DNA of 64,000 nucleotides from Candidatus Dojkabacteria bacterium (GTDB lineage Bacteria; Patescibacteriota; Dojkabacteria; J137): positions 120,979 through 184,978 of the forward strand of contig JAUQWV010000001.1 in NCBI GenBank assembly GCA_030834985.1, given 5' to 3'. Below, in pieces: positions 47,940 to 57,519 of the stretch; positions within the stretch are counted from its first letter, which is position 1, and each line of letters begins with the position of its first letter. The notes under the pieces were generated by a model that saw only the letters and a list, made by a program, of their open reading frames with translations, ran no database searches and was not told where the DNA came from. A program made the translations under genes and the position numbers.

Positions 47940-47948
47940 GACCACTAA

Positions 47949-49412
47949 ATGAAATTTCTGCCTCATAAGATACTTTTATATCACTTTTATATTTTTCAAT
48001 TAGAAGAATATGACTCCGCTAGGTTTATTAAAGCCATTATCGCAAAAGGACTATTCCCACCTGCTGACTTAAGAAAGAAAGCAAAGCTAACATCAAAAGC
48101 TCTGTTATTGATTGGCTTAACACTTCTTCAGCAAATACTGATTACTCTACTGTTAGCTTTGCTTTTGTACACTGTATTTAATAATCTGCTTGTTTTGATA
48201 CTAACTTCAGCAATTGTTATATATATATTTATTGTTTTGTCATTTATTTTTCTTATTCAGGCAAAAGATCTTTTATGGCCATTAGACTATTTTGTAAAGG
48301 TAAGAATGATTAATCAGGCTAAGAAAAAACTAAAGATACTGCCTAACTTAAAAATAATAGGGATTACAGGCAGTTATGGAAAAACCACAATGAAAGAAAC
48401 AGTTTATACATTTTTAAATGAGGAATTTAAAGTTGTTAAAACAGAAGGCAACAATAATACGCCGTTAGGAATTGCTAGAACAATACTAAATAAAGTCGAT
48501 GATACTACTGAAATATTTATTGTTGAAATGGGTGAATATATAAAAGGTGATGTTAAAGCTTTGTGTGAAATTGCTACACCTGATATTTCAATAATAAGCG
48601 GTATTAACGAAGCTCATTTAGAGCGTTACAAAACAATGGAAAACGCTATTTCTACTAAATTTGAAATTGTTGAATATGCAAAGCCCAATGCATTTGTTCT
48701 GCTTAATGCTGATGATGAATTAACCCTTGATAATTACAATAAATATATTACTAATCACAAATCTGAATGGTTTACTGCTAAAAATAATAAGTTAAGCGAA
48801 TACAGTACTACAAATTATGAATTCGATCAGAATGGCAAAGGGCAGGAGTTTAATTTATTACATAAAGGTAATGATCTAGGTAAAATTAAAGTTCCAGTAT
48901 TAGGCGAATATATAATAGGAAATATTATTGCAGGATTTATTGTAGGTAAGTTTTTAGGTATTGCAGATTCCAAATTAAGATTTGCAGCTTCAATGATAAA
49001 GCCTGTTGAACATAGATTAGAGCCTATTTACAATAAATCCTCTGATATTTTAGTAATTGACGACACATACAATGGCAATTCAGATGGTATTAAAGAAGGA
49101 ATAAGACTATTATCTAAATTTAAAAATCGAAGAAAAGTTTATGTTACACCGGGTTTAGTAGAAACTGGCGACCTTGCTGAGAGCATTCATTTACAAATTG
49201 GAGCTGACCTAAGCAAGGTCGCCGATCTTGTAATTCTAGTCAAAAACAGCGTAACACCTTTTATTTTTAAAGGACTTGTTGATAACGGTTTTACTGAAGA
49301 TAAAATAATCTGGTACGACAACTCTAAGAGTGTGTGGGAAGATCTTAATAAAAACGTAGTAAAAGGTGATGTTGTATTGTTGCAAAACGACTGGAGTGAT
49401 AACTACGTGTAG
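47949..49412 (+). CDS. murF: UDP-N-acetylmuramoyl-tripeptide--D-alanyl-D-alanine ligase with N-terminal transmembrane segment
   Basis: Mur ligase P-loop IIGITGSYGKTTMKE and the MurF-type DDTYNGNSDG motif. Residues ~50-105 form two strongly hydrophobic helices (LLLIGLTLLQQILITLLLALLL / LVLILTSAIVIYIFIVLSFIFLI). Confidence 0.75.
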   Translation: MKFLPHKILLYHFYIFQLEEYDSARFIKAIIAKGLFPPADLRKKAKLTSKALLLIGLTLLQQILITLLLALLLYTVFNNLLVLILTSAIVIYIFIVLSFIFLIQAKDLLWPLDYFVKVRMINQAKKKLKILPNLKIIGITGSYGKTTMKETVYTFLNEEFKVVKTEGNNNTPLGIARTILNKVDDTTEIFIVEMGEYIKGDVKALCEIATPDISIISGINEAHLERYKTMENAISTKFEIVEYAKPNAFVLLNADDELTLDNYNKYITNHKSEWFTAKNNKLSEYSTTNYEFDQNGKGQEFNLLHKGNDLGKIKVPVLGEYIIGNIIAGFIVGKFLGIADSKLRFAASMIKPVEHRLEPIYNKSSDILVIDDTYNGNSDGIKEGIRLLSKFKNRRKVYVTPGLVETGDLAESIHLQIGADLSKVADLVILVKNSVTPFIFKGLVDNGFTEDKIIWYDNSKSVWEDLNKNVVKGDVVLLQNDWSDNYV

Positions 49413-49478
49413 ACTGTCTACCACTAAGTACTAGATTTTATGTGATAGAATTTTAATAGTACTTGTTTCAAACAAATT

Positions 49479-50657
49479 ATGAATATTGCAGTTTTCTTTG
49501 GAGGAAAAAACACTGAACACGATGTATCAATCATTACAGGTCAGTTAATAATTTCTGGACTTAAAAAGATTGGGCACACTGTTTACCCGGTATATATTGC
49601 TAAAGATGGTAAATGGTACATTGATGAAAGAATGGATAATGTAGAATTTTTCAAACCATTCAACTCGAAAGGTTTAGGAGAGTTCAATTTAAATATGTCT
49701 CAGAATCTTGATGGTTCATTGACAATAAAGACATCTGGACTCTTTCCAAAAACATACAAAATAGATTTAGCTTTTCCCGCAATCCACGGAAAAAATGGTG
49801 AAGATGGAACTATACAAGGCATGTTTGAAATGCTTAATATCCCTTACGTAGGCTGTGGAGTGGTTGCAAGTGGTATTGCTATGGATAAGGTGTTAACAAA
49901 GCTTTTTTATCAGCGATTTAACTTTCCTACAACCAAATTTGTGCACTTTACAACACAGGAATGGCAGGAAAAGAAAGATAGTTTATTAAAAGAGATTAAT
50001 AATACTCTAACCTGGCCTGTATTTGTAAAACCAGCAAGGTTGGGCTCGTCAATTGGTATGACTAAAGTGAAGTCTGAAGATGATTTAGAGTTTGCTATTG
50101 AAGTTGCACTTCATTACGATAATAAAGTTTTAGTTGAAGAAAGTGTTGAAGATCTAATGGATGTCACTGTCTGTTTAATAGGTAATCAGAATCCCAGATA
50201 TTCTTTAATTCAGGAATCAGCTTTCTCAAGTGATTTTTTCTCGTATGAAGATAAGTATTTAAATGAAGGTGGAGCCCAATTAGGCAATGCTGAAAAAAGT
50301 ATAGTGATACCGGCAAGATTAGATGAAAAAACTACTCAAGAAATTCGAGAAATGGCCTCTGAAATATATATGCTGATGGGTATGTCTGGAATTGCACGGG
50401 TTGATTTTTTATATAACAAAACATATAAAAAGTTCTATGCAAATGAGATTAATACCCTACCGGGAACACTCTACTATCATTTGTGGAAAAAAAGCGGAAT
50501 TGAGCTAGATGATCTGCTTAAGATGCTAGTAGACTTTGCTTTAGAAAAGAAAAAAGAAGACGATAAACTAACCTATACATTTGAATCTACTATTCTAAAA
50601 TCAGCGAATTCAAACAAACTTCAGCTTAAAGGCAGGCAAAACTCTTCCAAAGGCTAA
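49479..50657 (+). CDS. ddl: D-alanine--D-alanine ligase (ATP-grasp)
   Basis: MNIAVFFGGKNTEHDVSIITGQ N-terminus, HGKNGEDGTIQG, ATP-grasp core, C-terminal NEINTLPG. Confidence 0.85.
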   Translation: MNIAVFFGGKNTEHDVSIITGQLIISGLKKIGHTVYPVYIAKDGKWYIDERMDNVEFFKPFNSKGLGEFNLNMSQNLDGSLTIKTSGLFPKTYKIDLAFPAIHGKNGEDGTIQGMFEMLNIPYVGCGVVASGIAMDKVLTKLFYQRFNFPTTKFVHFTTQEWQEKKDSLLKEINNTLTWPVFVKPARLGSSIGMTKVKSEDDLEFAIEVALHYDNKVLVEESVEDLMDVTVCLIGNQNPRYSLIQESAFSSDFFSYEDKYLNEGGAQLGNAEKSIVIPARLDEKTTQEIREMASEIYMLMGMSGIARVDFLYNKTYKKFYANEINTLPGTLYYHLWKKSGIELDDLLKMLVDFALEKKKEDDKLTYTFESTILKSANSNKLQLKGRQNSSKG

Positions 50658-50729
50658 TAACGCCTTGATTTATTTGTACACCTATATATACTAGATACTA
50701 GCTATTATTATTTTATTTACCTTTTATAT

Positions 50730-52574
50730 ATGAAGTCATTGATTGAGAAGATTAATGCAAACCCGAAAGCAGCCATTTTGACAGCAATAATAGGTGTTTT
50801 TGTAGTTTCAACTGCAGTGATCTTAATATTGATAGTGTCTTTAGACAATTCGATTAAAAATCCGGATTCTGTTGTTACACCGGAGGAAAAACGACAAGTT
50901 CTATCGGGGATTATCAAAAACAACACAAAGGAAGCAATTAAAGACCCTGTTACGCCAAATGCTCCGACTAATCCAACTACTGGCGGAAATCAGGCCACAG
51001 ATCCTCAAGTTCCAGTAGTTCCTCAACCTATACCAGTAGAACCGGTTGTTCCTGTTGCACCAGATCCAAAGGATTTACCCATAGTTCCAGATCTAAACGA
51101 GTATAATTATAGAGTAACTACAACGACTACTCAAAAAGGACCGTCATCAGAACTATGTAAAGCTATTACACTTTGGCATGGAGGTGGTTATATGACAGAA
51201 GACCCTTCTGCTGATTTTTTAAAAAGAGAATATCACGACTACTTTGAAAGATATCAAAGTTATAGTAAAGGTTCAGTATACGAGGGAGAAGAGTCTAACT
51301 TATCTGCATTTTACATCAATAAGTGGGGCAGAAAAGAGGCTTCTTACACTGATTATCTAAATGGGTCTTATGCCGTAAGCAATGTTTACAACCCATATCC
51401 TGAATATGATGCTTTAAGTGATGTTAGAACAACAGAAGACGACAATCTATCTGACTATACGATTGATGATTACTTTGGAGAAAACACAGAAATAATTAAT
51501 GTAACTATAGATTCAAAGGGTAATAAAATATATACAATTGTTTCAACATTCCAAACACACTGTAGTGTAAATTATAATCCTCATTTAAAGTTACCTGGCA
51601 TTGAACCATTAGTTCCCTCAACTATATATATTGTTCGAACTGTAAATGAGAAAGGTTTTGAAGTTACCAAAACTGAACGGTACTTAGATGAAATTAATGC
51701 TCAAAGCCTAGTCGATGTTACAATTTCTGAAACTGTAAGATCATTAGTGGATTATGAAAATATAAAAGATGTCTTTGAATTAGATAGTGATGTTGAAATA
51801 GTTACTAGGGATAGAAGACAGTTGCTACCTATTTTAAATACTTACGATGAGCTAGCTAGACAAGTAAACTACCTAGTAAATAGAAATCAGAACATTATAC
51901 TTCCTGTAAAAGATAATACTTTAGCAAGTTTATATGTAGCAGATTACAGACCTGAAAATTATGAGGATTTCTATTACTATCTAAAAGATATCGAGTTCTA
52001 CCCTGATACAGAATGGGGAAGATTTCTTTTTGATAGAACAATGGAAAGATTTTCGTACGATTCTAAGATAGTTTATACTGCAACAGCTTATGGCCTAGAT
52101 GGATATTATCTATATCTTGATAAGTTTGAAGATGGAGTTTCGGCTGATTCAGTAATTTCAGAAATTTTAGGTTTCCAGTCAACTACGACCCAAGTTACTG
52201 ATGGACTTGTATCCTTTGATTCTCTTGAAGATCCAATTATCGCAAAAAGGATAGAGAAATATTTTGAATATAATTATCCTATACCATCTTACCCTGTTTC
52301 TTACAGTGATTATAATTATCAAAGTACGAGTGTATTCTATGTATTTGAATATCGAGGTGATATATACAGATTAACATCTCATACTGCTGCTAAGCATGCG
52401 TACCTTACAGGTTTAGTTAAATTGGTAGATATAAACTTAGAACCATATCCTCAAACGTTGGGTGAAATTATTACTACAGTCTTTAAGTACTATAATAATT
52501 ACTTAAATATAATGGGTTGGCCAACTAGCTATCCGGAAAAGTATCCGATAAGCTACGGAGTTATTGAAGTCTAA
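50730..52574 (+). CDS. hypothetical N-terminally anchored extracytoplasmic protein with Pro-rich linker (614 aa)
   Basis: N-terminal TM, then PQVPVVPQPIPVEPVVPVAPDP linker, then a large Tyr-rich domain. Confidence 0.55.
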   Translation: MKSLIEKINANPKAAILTAIIGVFVVSTAVILILIVSLDNSIKNPDSVVTPEEKRQVLSGIIKNNTKEAIKDPVTPNAPTNPTTGGNQATDPQVPVVPQPIPVEPVVPVAPDPKDLPIVPDLNEYNYRVTTTTTQKGPSSELCKAITLWHGGGYMTEDPSADFLKREYHDYFERYQSYSKGSVYEGEESNLSAFYINKWGRKEASYTDYLNGSYAVSNVYNPYPEYDALSDVRTTEDDNLSDYTIDDYFGENTEIINVTIDSKGNKIYTIVSTFQTHCSVNYNPHLKLPGIEPLVPSTIYIVRTVNEKGFEVTKTERYLDEINAQSLVDVTISETVRSLVDYENIKDVFELDSDVEIVTRDRRQLLPILNTYDELARQVNYLVNRNQNIILPVKDNTLASLYVADYRPENYEDFYYYLKDIEFYPDTEWGRFLFDRTMERFSYDSKIVYTATAYGLDGYYLYLDKFEDGVSADSVISEILGFQSTTTQVTDGLVSFDSLEDPIIAKRIEKYFEYNYPIPSYPVSYSDYNYQSTSVFYVFEYRGDIYRLTSHTAAKHAYLTGLVKLVDINLEPYPQTLGEIITTVFKYYNNYLNIMGWPTSYPEKYPISYGVIEV

Positions 52575-52613
52575 ATGAGAATTTGGATTGTCTTTTGAGA
52601 TAAAAGTTTAGGA

Positions 52614-52639
52614 GGGGGCACCCGAAAGGTGCCCCCTTT
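52614..52639. terminator. bidirectional terminator hairpin gggggcacc-cgaaa-ggtgccccc plus ttt
   Basis: 9 bp GC stem between convergent genes. Confidence 0.55.
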
Positions 52640-52640
52640 G

Positions 52641-53537
52641 CTATCTTTCTAGTTCAGTTACTATATCTCTAAGTTCTGCAGCTTTTTCAAATTCCAGCAT
52701 ATCTGCGTACAACTGCATTTGAAACTTGATTTCTTTTAAGAATTTTTTCTGTTCAGATTTATTCATAGCTTTAAAGCTTTCGGCTTTTGCCAATAAGTTT
52801 TGTTCTTCAGCAGCTTCCTGCTCTGATTCGCTGCCCCCGGCAAAAGCCGAAAGCTGATCCTTAATCTCTTTTACGACTGTTGTAGGAGTAATTCCATGCT
52901 CTTTATTAAACTTATCTTGAATTGCTCTTCTGCGTCTAGTTTCATCAATTGCAAATTTCATAGAATCAGTAATTTTATCAGCATACATTATTACTCTGCC
53001 TTCAGAGTGTCTGGCTGCTCTACCTATTACCTGAATTAAACTAGTCTGAGATCTTAAAAAACCTTCTTTATCGGCATCTAAAATTGCTACTAACGATACT
53101 TCTGGCAAATCTAAGCCCTCTCTTAAAAGGTTAATACCAACAAGCACATCGTACTGTCCTAATCTTAATTCCTTTAATATCTTTACTCTTTCCAAAGAAT
53201 CTATATCTGAATGCAAGTATTTTGCCTTAATGCCTTTTTCAGTAAGATAGTCAGATAGTTCTTCTGACATTCTTTTTGTTAAAGTTGTAACTAGAACCCT
53301 TTGCTTTTTTTTAATGGTCGCCTGAATTTCATCTATTAAGTTTGGAACCTGTGGTTGAGTCCAATCTGATGCGTTATATAAAGGCATATCTGTATAGCCG
53401 TTTTTTTCTAAATCTTTTTTGAGGTTAGAAAATGTCTCGGGCAATGAAGGACGAACTTCTACAATAGGGTCAAGAAGCCCTGTTGGTCTAATAATTTGAT
53501 AAACAATTCCTTTGTAGTCTTTTGGTAAAATTGCCAT
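52641..53537 (-). CDS. uvrB: UvrB C-terminal half only (helicase domain 2 plus UvrC-binding UVR domain); N-terminal ATPase half absent, possible pseudogene
   Basis: [16 protein letters not shown], then [18 protein letters not shown]...[57 protein letters not shown], near-identical to recollected E. coli UvrB from ~residue 400. C-terminal [11 protein letters not shown] is the UVR motif. Only 37 nt separate it from dcd upstream, so there is no room for the missing half. Confidence 0.7.
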   Translation of the reverse strand: MAILPKDYKGIVYQIIRPTGLLDPIVEVRPSLPETFSNLKKDLEKNGYTDMPLYNASDWTQPQVPNLIDEIQATIKKKQRVLVTTLTKRMSEELSDYLTEKGIKAKYLHSDIDSLERVKILKELRLGQYDVLVGINLLREGLDLPEVSLVAILDADKEGFLRSQTSLIQVIGRAARHSEGRVIMYADKITDSMKFAIDETRRRRAIQDKFNKEHGITPTTVVKEIKDQLSAFAGGSESEQEAAEEQNLLAKAESFKAMNKSEQKKFLKEIKFQMQLYADMLEFEKAAELRDIVTELER

Positions 53538-53574
53538 GCTTTAATTTTAGCACTGCATGGATAATTAGCGTAGT

Positions 53575-54138
53575 TTACTTTCTTGCCTTTTTAAGGGCTC
53601 TAAACTTACTTTCAGAATCTTTAAATACCCGACTCCCTACAGTATCAAGCTGACCCTGGTATTTGCCAAGGTAAGGTTTATCTGCTTTTTGGTCCATGTA
53701 ACAGAATACAAATTGGCAGATCCTTCTGTTCTTTTCTAAAACTATAGGTAAGGAATTCGCGTTGTATAGCTCTAAAGTAACTTTTCCTTTAAATCCTGGA
53801 TCTACCCATCCAGCGTTTTGAATAAATAATCCCATTCTGCCAATAGAGCTTCTACCCTCTACAAAGGCGGTAATATTATCCGGAAGTTCAATATATTCAA
53901 CCGTAGTAGCTAGTACAAAGCTATGAGAAGGTATTGCTATTTTATCTTTAACGATCTTTCTATACTTAATTTCTTCGCTCATACTTATTGTCGACATCTC
54001 TGAGTTGTCAATTTCTAAGAAGGTATCACCTAGTCTGCAGTCAATAGATGCAGGCTGAATTGATTCGTCAGTTAAAGGATCAACTACTAATTCACCACTT
54101 TTTATTAACCTTTTTAAAGTTTTGTCTGAAATTATCAT
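53575..54138 (-). CDS. dcd: dCTP deaminase
   Basis: PASIDCRLG, VDPGFKGKVTLELYN, and the dUTPase-fold length. Confidence 0.85.
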   Translation of the reverse strand: MIISDKTLKRLIKSGELVVDPLTDESIQPASIDCRLGDTFLEIDNSEMSTISMSEEIKYRKIVKDKIAIPSHSFVLATTVEYIELPDNITAFVEGRSSIGRMGLFIQNAGWVDPGFKGKVTLELYNANSLPIVLEKNRRICQFVFCYMDQKADKPYLGKYQGQLDTVGSRVFKDSESKFRALKKARK

Positions 54139-54152
54139 ATATGTTTAGTTAA

Positions 54153-55961
54153 TTATGTACGTTCTGAAAACTGTTGTCTAGAGTTGTAATCTGGTGCCGA
54201 GATATCTTCAGTCATTCCTACCAAAAATGGATCAGAGTTCTGTATAAGTGTAAGCATATCGTGTGCCATATCTCTATTAGAAATATCGTTACCAGTTGTA
54301 GAGCGTTGGTCTGTAAAGTAATCCAATTGTGTAGGTGGTCCGCTTAAGTGCATTCGCGTTTGATGTCCTAGTGGAAGCAGTTTTCTAATTACAGTTAGAT
54401 CTTTATTAGGAAATCTTGCCGCTAAATATTTATAGAATTCCATTAACTTTTGATAATATGCATTGGCATCAGCTTCCCATTGACCCTGTAAGTGCTGTAA
54501 ACCTTCAGTTTTAATAATTTTTGAACTTGTATTAAAGCCATTCGCGATCATAGCCTCATAGTCTACTTGGTCATTTTCGTTATAATCAAAATTTAGCAAG
54601 TATCCAATATCTTGTCTACCTAACGCTCTGTGTCGATTAAAGTCTCTTAATTGGGCTAATGCGGTATTAAGTACAAATAATTTATCACCTCTAATATCAC
54701 CTAGATTACCCATCTTTTCATGTCGAGTATGATTTTGGAATATAATTGAACCTATCTCTCTTTTTGCTTGATCATCTAATGTGGCCAACCAACTTAATAC
54801 TGTTGATTCTTTAAGATTAGGATATGCGGTGCAAATGTACTGCATTGCTACTAAAGCGCCACTTGGGGCGCCGTCAATAAGGGTTACTTCTGTTTGCCTT
54901 GCATAATCCACGGTGTTAGGGACGGCGCCCTCCAATAACTCATTAAATGCTGGCATTGCTTCCAAATATGCTCTTAAATTACTTACGTTTTCTCTTATTG
55001 TAAGTGTAGGATCAGTATATTTTATTAATGGTTCAAGATTCGCATTTACATCTTGCCCCTCTTCTGTTTCTGAAAGTGAAAGTGCAAATCTAAGTTGCTC
55101 TGCTAACTCTACATATTCCTGCTCGCCAGTTTCTTGCATTATTTTTATATAGTTATTGAAGATTCTTTGATTACCTAATAGGCACATAGAAGTAGTTGCG
55201 CCCATAGGAATCCAACTTCTTACTACATCTAACACTCTGGCTTTTATAGTATTGTCTTCTAATGGTTCATCTTCTGGATTGCCTGCAAACTGCTGTAGGT
55301 AACCCTGCTCAATTAATTGGTACCACTTAACGTAATTACCTTCAGCCATTGCTAATAGCTCATAATATTGCTCAATAATATGCTCTTTATCCGCTTCAGA
55401 TCCTGCAGGAATTACCGAAAAATCCATTAAATCTTCAATCCGCGGAAAATTCATCTTATTGAATTTTATATATCTGCTTGAAGATTCCTGTCCATCGCCA
55501 TACCATAGATGATGGAAAATCCAGTATGCCTGCTCTAGCGATATATTATTAAAGAATAGAAATACTGGAATCATTCCCAGGATAGATTGATGTCCATAAT
55601 CTAGTCCAAATTCCTTAATCTTTCTTGCAGCAGCAACAGGATCCATTTGTACAAGCTCCAATACTTCATCAAAGATCTCTTCATAGCTTTTTCTAGTTCT
55701 AGAGGTTCTGGCGCCGCTCCAGGCGGGAAAAATATGCTTATCTATTCCTCCTTCTGATTTCGGTTCACTAAATGGAAAGAATGAGACAATCGGTTTTGTA
55801 GGATCTTGTCTTTTAACCTGATATAGCAAGTTGTGCAGTTTACCGTCAACTTCTCTTGTTACAACATCGATAGAAAATTTAGGAGGGTGTTGTACTTCAG
55901 CTTCTGATTCTACAGATTCTGGCCGTGTTTTAGATATTTCTTGATTCTGATCTAAAGACAT
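54153..55961 (-). CDS. large ThyX-family (flavin-dependent thymidylate synthase)-like protein with duplicated-domain architecture (602 aa)
   Basis: C-terminal half: FNRHRALGRQDIGY (RHR motif) and RKLLPLGHQTRMHLSGPPTQLDYF, aligned by eye to recollected T. maritima ThyX [24 protein letters not shown]. N-terminal half: GHQSILGMIPVF and YWIFHHLWYGDGQESSSRYIKF versus ThyX GHETPFEHIVF / [20 protein letters not shown] (RHR degenerate, SxRY kept). Adjacent to dcd. Confidence 0.5.
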   Translation of the reverse strand: MSLDQNQEISKTRPESVESEAEVQHPPKFSIDVVTREVDGKLHNLLYQVKRQDPTKPIVSFFPFSEPKSEGGIDKHIFPAWSGARTSRTRKSYEEIFDEVLELVQMDPVAAARKIKEFGLDYGHQSILGMIPVFLFFNNISLEQAYWIFHHLWYGDGQESSSRYIKFNKMNFPRIEDLMDFSVIPAGSEADKEHIIEQYYELLAMAEGNYVKWYQLIEQGYLQQFAGNPEDEPLEDNTIKARVLDVVRSWIPMGATTSMCLLGNQRIFNNYIKIMQETGEQEYVELAEQLRFALSLSETEEGQDVNANLEPLIKYTDPTLTIRENVSNLRAYLEAMPAFNELLEGAVPNTVDYARQTEVTLIDGAPSGALVAMQYICTAYPNLKESTVLSWLATLDDQAKREIGSIIFQNHTRHEKMGNLGDIRGDKLFVLNTALAQLRDFNRHRALGRQDIGYLLNFDYNENDQVDYEAMIANGFNTSSKIIKTEGLQHLQGQWEADANAYYQKLMEFYKYLAARFPNKDLTVIRKLLPLGHQTRMHLSGPPTQLDYFTDQRSTTGNDISNRDMAHDMLTLIQNSDPFLVGMTEDISAPDYNSRQQFSERT

Positions 55962-56087
55962 TCAACAAAGCTGAAAGTTATTAGTTTATTCTAAAGCTCG
56001 AGTTGAAAAACTGTCAAATATAGTTCTTAAAATCGTTATCCTGTTGTAAAATATTTATGTAGGTATTTTAACTTTTACAGTCTTTCT

Positions 56088-56447
56088 ATGAAGTACCTCT
56101 TTACTGCCCCAGGCCTATCGGCTCCTACTTACGAAACATTAGAAGAACATACATATAAAGCTTTTGGAAAAATCGAAAGATTAGTTCCGCAGAATGGTGA
56201 TGGTGAAGCTACCCTAAGGATTTCAGTAGCAAAAGAGGGTGATGAATTTGTAGTAACGGGCGAATTATCTGTTTTAGGAGGGTGTGTGAGCAAAGAAAAA
56301 AATAGAGACCTACGGAGAGCAATAGATAAACTCTCACACGAAATACGTGCACTTATAGTTAAAAATAAGACTAAAAGAAGATTAAATAAAATGACTGATA
56401 AAATCCGTAATTTAAGAGATCAACTTTTGAATAGAAATATCGAATAA
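56088..56447 (+). CDS. possible ribosome hibernation factor / RaiA (YfiA-HPF family)-like protein
   Basis: Size (119 aa) and beta-alpha-beta-beta-beta-alpha-like pattern with a basic C-terminal tail; weak sequence resemblance only. Confidence 0.35.
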   Translation: MKYLFTAPGLSAPTYETLEEHTYKAFGKIERLVPQNGDGEATLRISVAKEGDEFVVTGELSVLGGCVSKEKNRDLRRAIDKLSHEIRALIVKNKTKRRLNKMTDKIRNLRDQLLNRNIE

Positions 56448-56518
56448 TCCTATTGTATAAGCCCTCTGATTTTATTAAAATCATTATTAAGTATTAATTT
56501 ATATATTATAAATCCGTC

Positions 56519-56899
56519 ATGAAAAGACTAGTAAGTAAAGTAGTTGCTGCAGGAGCTACTATTGTAGGTTCATCAATCGCTTTTGCCAGCACAGTAGCTG
56601 CTCAAAGATATACATATGATTACACTTATGATGCAACTGAAGCAGCAGCAGGAGGTGTTATTGCCAGCATGGGAATCCTCTTTTATTGCTGTATACTATG
56701 CATTCCTCTTCTTGTTTTATTTGGATTTGCATATTGGGTTTATAAAGATGCTACTAAATATAAAGTTGAAAATCCTGCTTTATGGGGACTTTTAACATTT
56801 TGTACAGGAATTGTAGGCTTATTGATTTATTTCTTGGCAATTAGGCCTGAAGCTGTAAAAAAACTAGAAGGCGGATCAAAGCCAGATAATGCTAGTTAA
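56519..56899 (+). CDS. hypothetical small membrane protein (2-3 TM)
   Basis: Hydropathy. Confidence 0.45.
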   Translation: MKRLVSKVVAAGATIVGSSIAFASTVAAQRYTYDYTYDATEAAAGGVIASMGILFYCCILCIPLLVLFGFAYWVYKDATKYKVENPALWGLLTFCTGIVGLLIYFLAIRPEAVKKLEGGSKPDNAS

Positions 56900-56930
56900 T
56901 AGTTAAATCTGTTTAGATGAATTTTAAAAA

Positions 56931-56954
56931 GCCCCGGCTTAAGCCGGGGCTTTT
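56931..56954. terminator. bidirectional palindromic terminator gccccggc-ttaa-gccggggc flanked by aaaaa / tttt
   Basis: Perfect palindrome between convergent genes. Confidence 0.6.
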
Positions 56955-56970
56955 AGTTACAAAAGATATT

Positions 56971-57516
56971 TTAGTAACCAGCTTCTTTAAAAAAGCTAAT
57001 AAGATTGCTGATGTGATCATTTAAAGGAAGTCCAATAAGCTCAACTCCTTTATATATATCTTCTCTGTTTACATTTGCAGCAAATCTTTTATCCTTTAGT
57101 CTTTTTACTACAGACTTAGCCTCCATATCAGCTAAACCACTAGGTCTTACAAGGCTTGCAGCATTAATAAAACCGGATAATTCATCACAAGCAAATAGAT
57201 ATTTTTCTATTTCACTTTCAGGATTCTTACCAGTTCTATCGGGTGCATGAGCCTTAATAGCATTTAAAATCATCTCTGAATAACCTTTTTGCAGCAGAAT
57301 ATTATTAACAGCATAGTTAGGATGTTCGTCTGGATATTTTTCCCAGTCTAGGTCGTGCAAAAGCCCTGCAGTCCACCAAGTTATAATTTCTTCATCTGGT
57401 AATCCTAACTTTTTAGCATAGCCTTCCATAGCAGTTGCTACCATTTGGCAGTGTTTAATAAGGGCATCATTTTGAATATACTCGTGCAATAGTTGTAATG
57501 AGTCTTCTTTATTCAT
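56971..57516 (-). CDS. HD-domain phosphohydrolase
   Basis: H...HD metal-binding motif (HCQMVA...GLLHDLDWEKYPDEH). Confidence 0.7.
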   Translation of the reverse strand: MNKEDSLQLLHEYIQNDALIKHCQMVATAMEGYAKKLGLPDEEIITWWTAGLLHDLDWEKYPDEHPNYAVNNILLQKGYSEMILNAIKAHAPDRTGKNPESEIEKYLFACDELSGFINAASLVRPSGLADMEAKSVVKRLKDKRFAANVNREDIYKGVELIGLPLNDHISNLISFFKEAGY

Positions 57517-57519
57517 ATG

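Noticed and set aside
56088-56447. Confident HPF/RaiA call
   Set aside because: Only the size, secondary-structure-like pattern and basic tail resemble HPF; conserved HPF residues could not be aligned reliably by eye, so the call is kept at low confidence.
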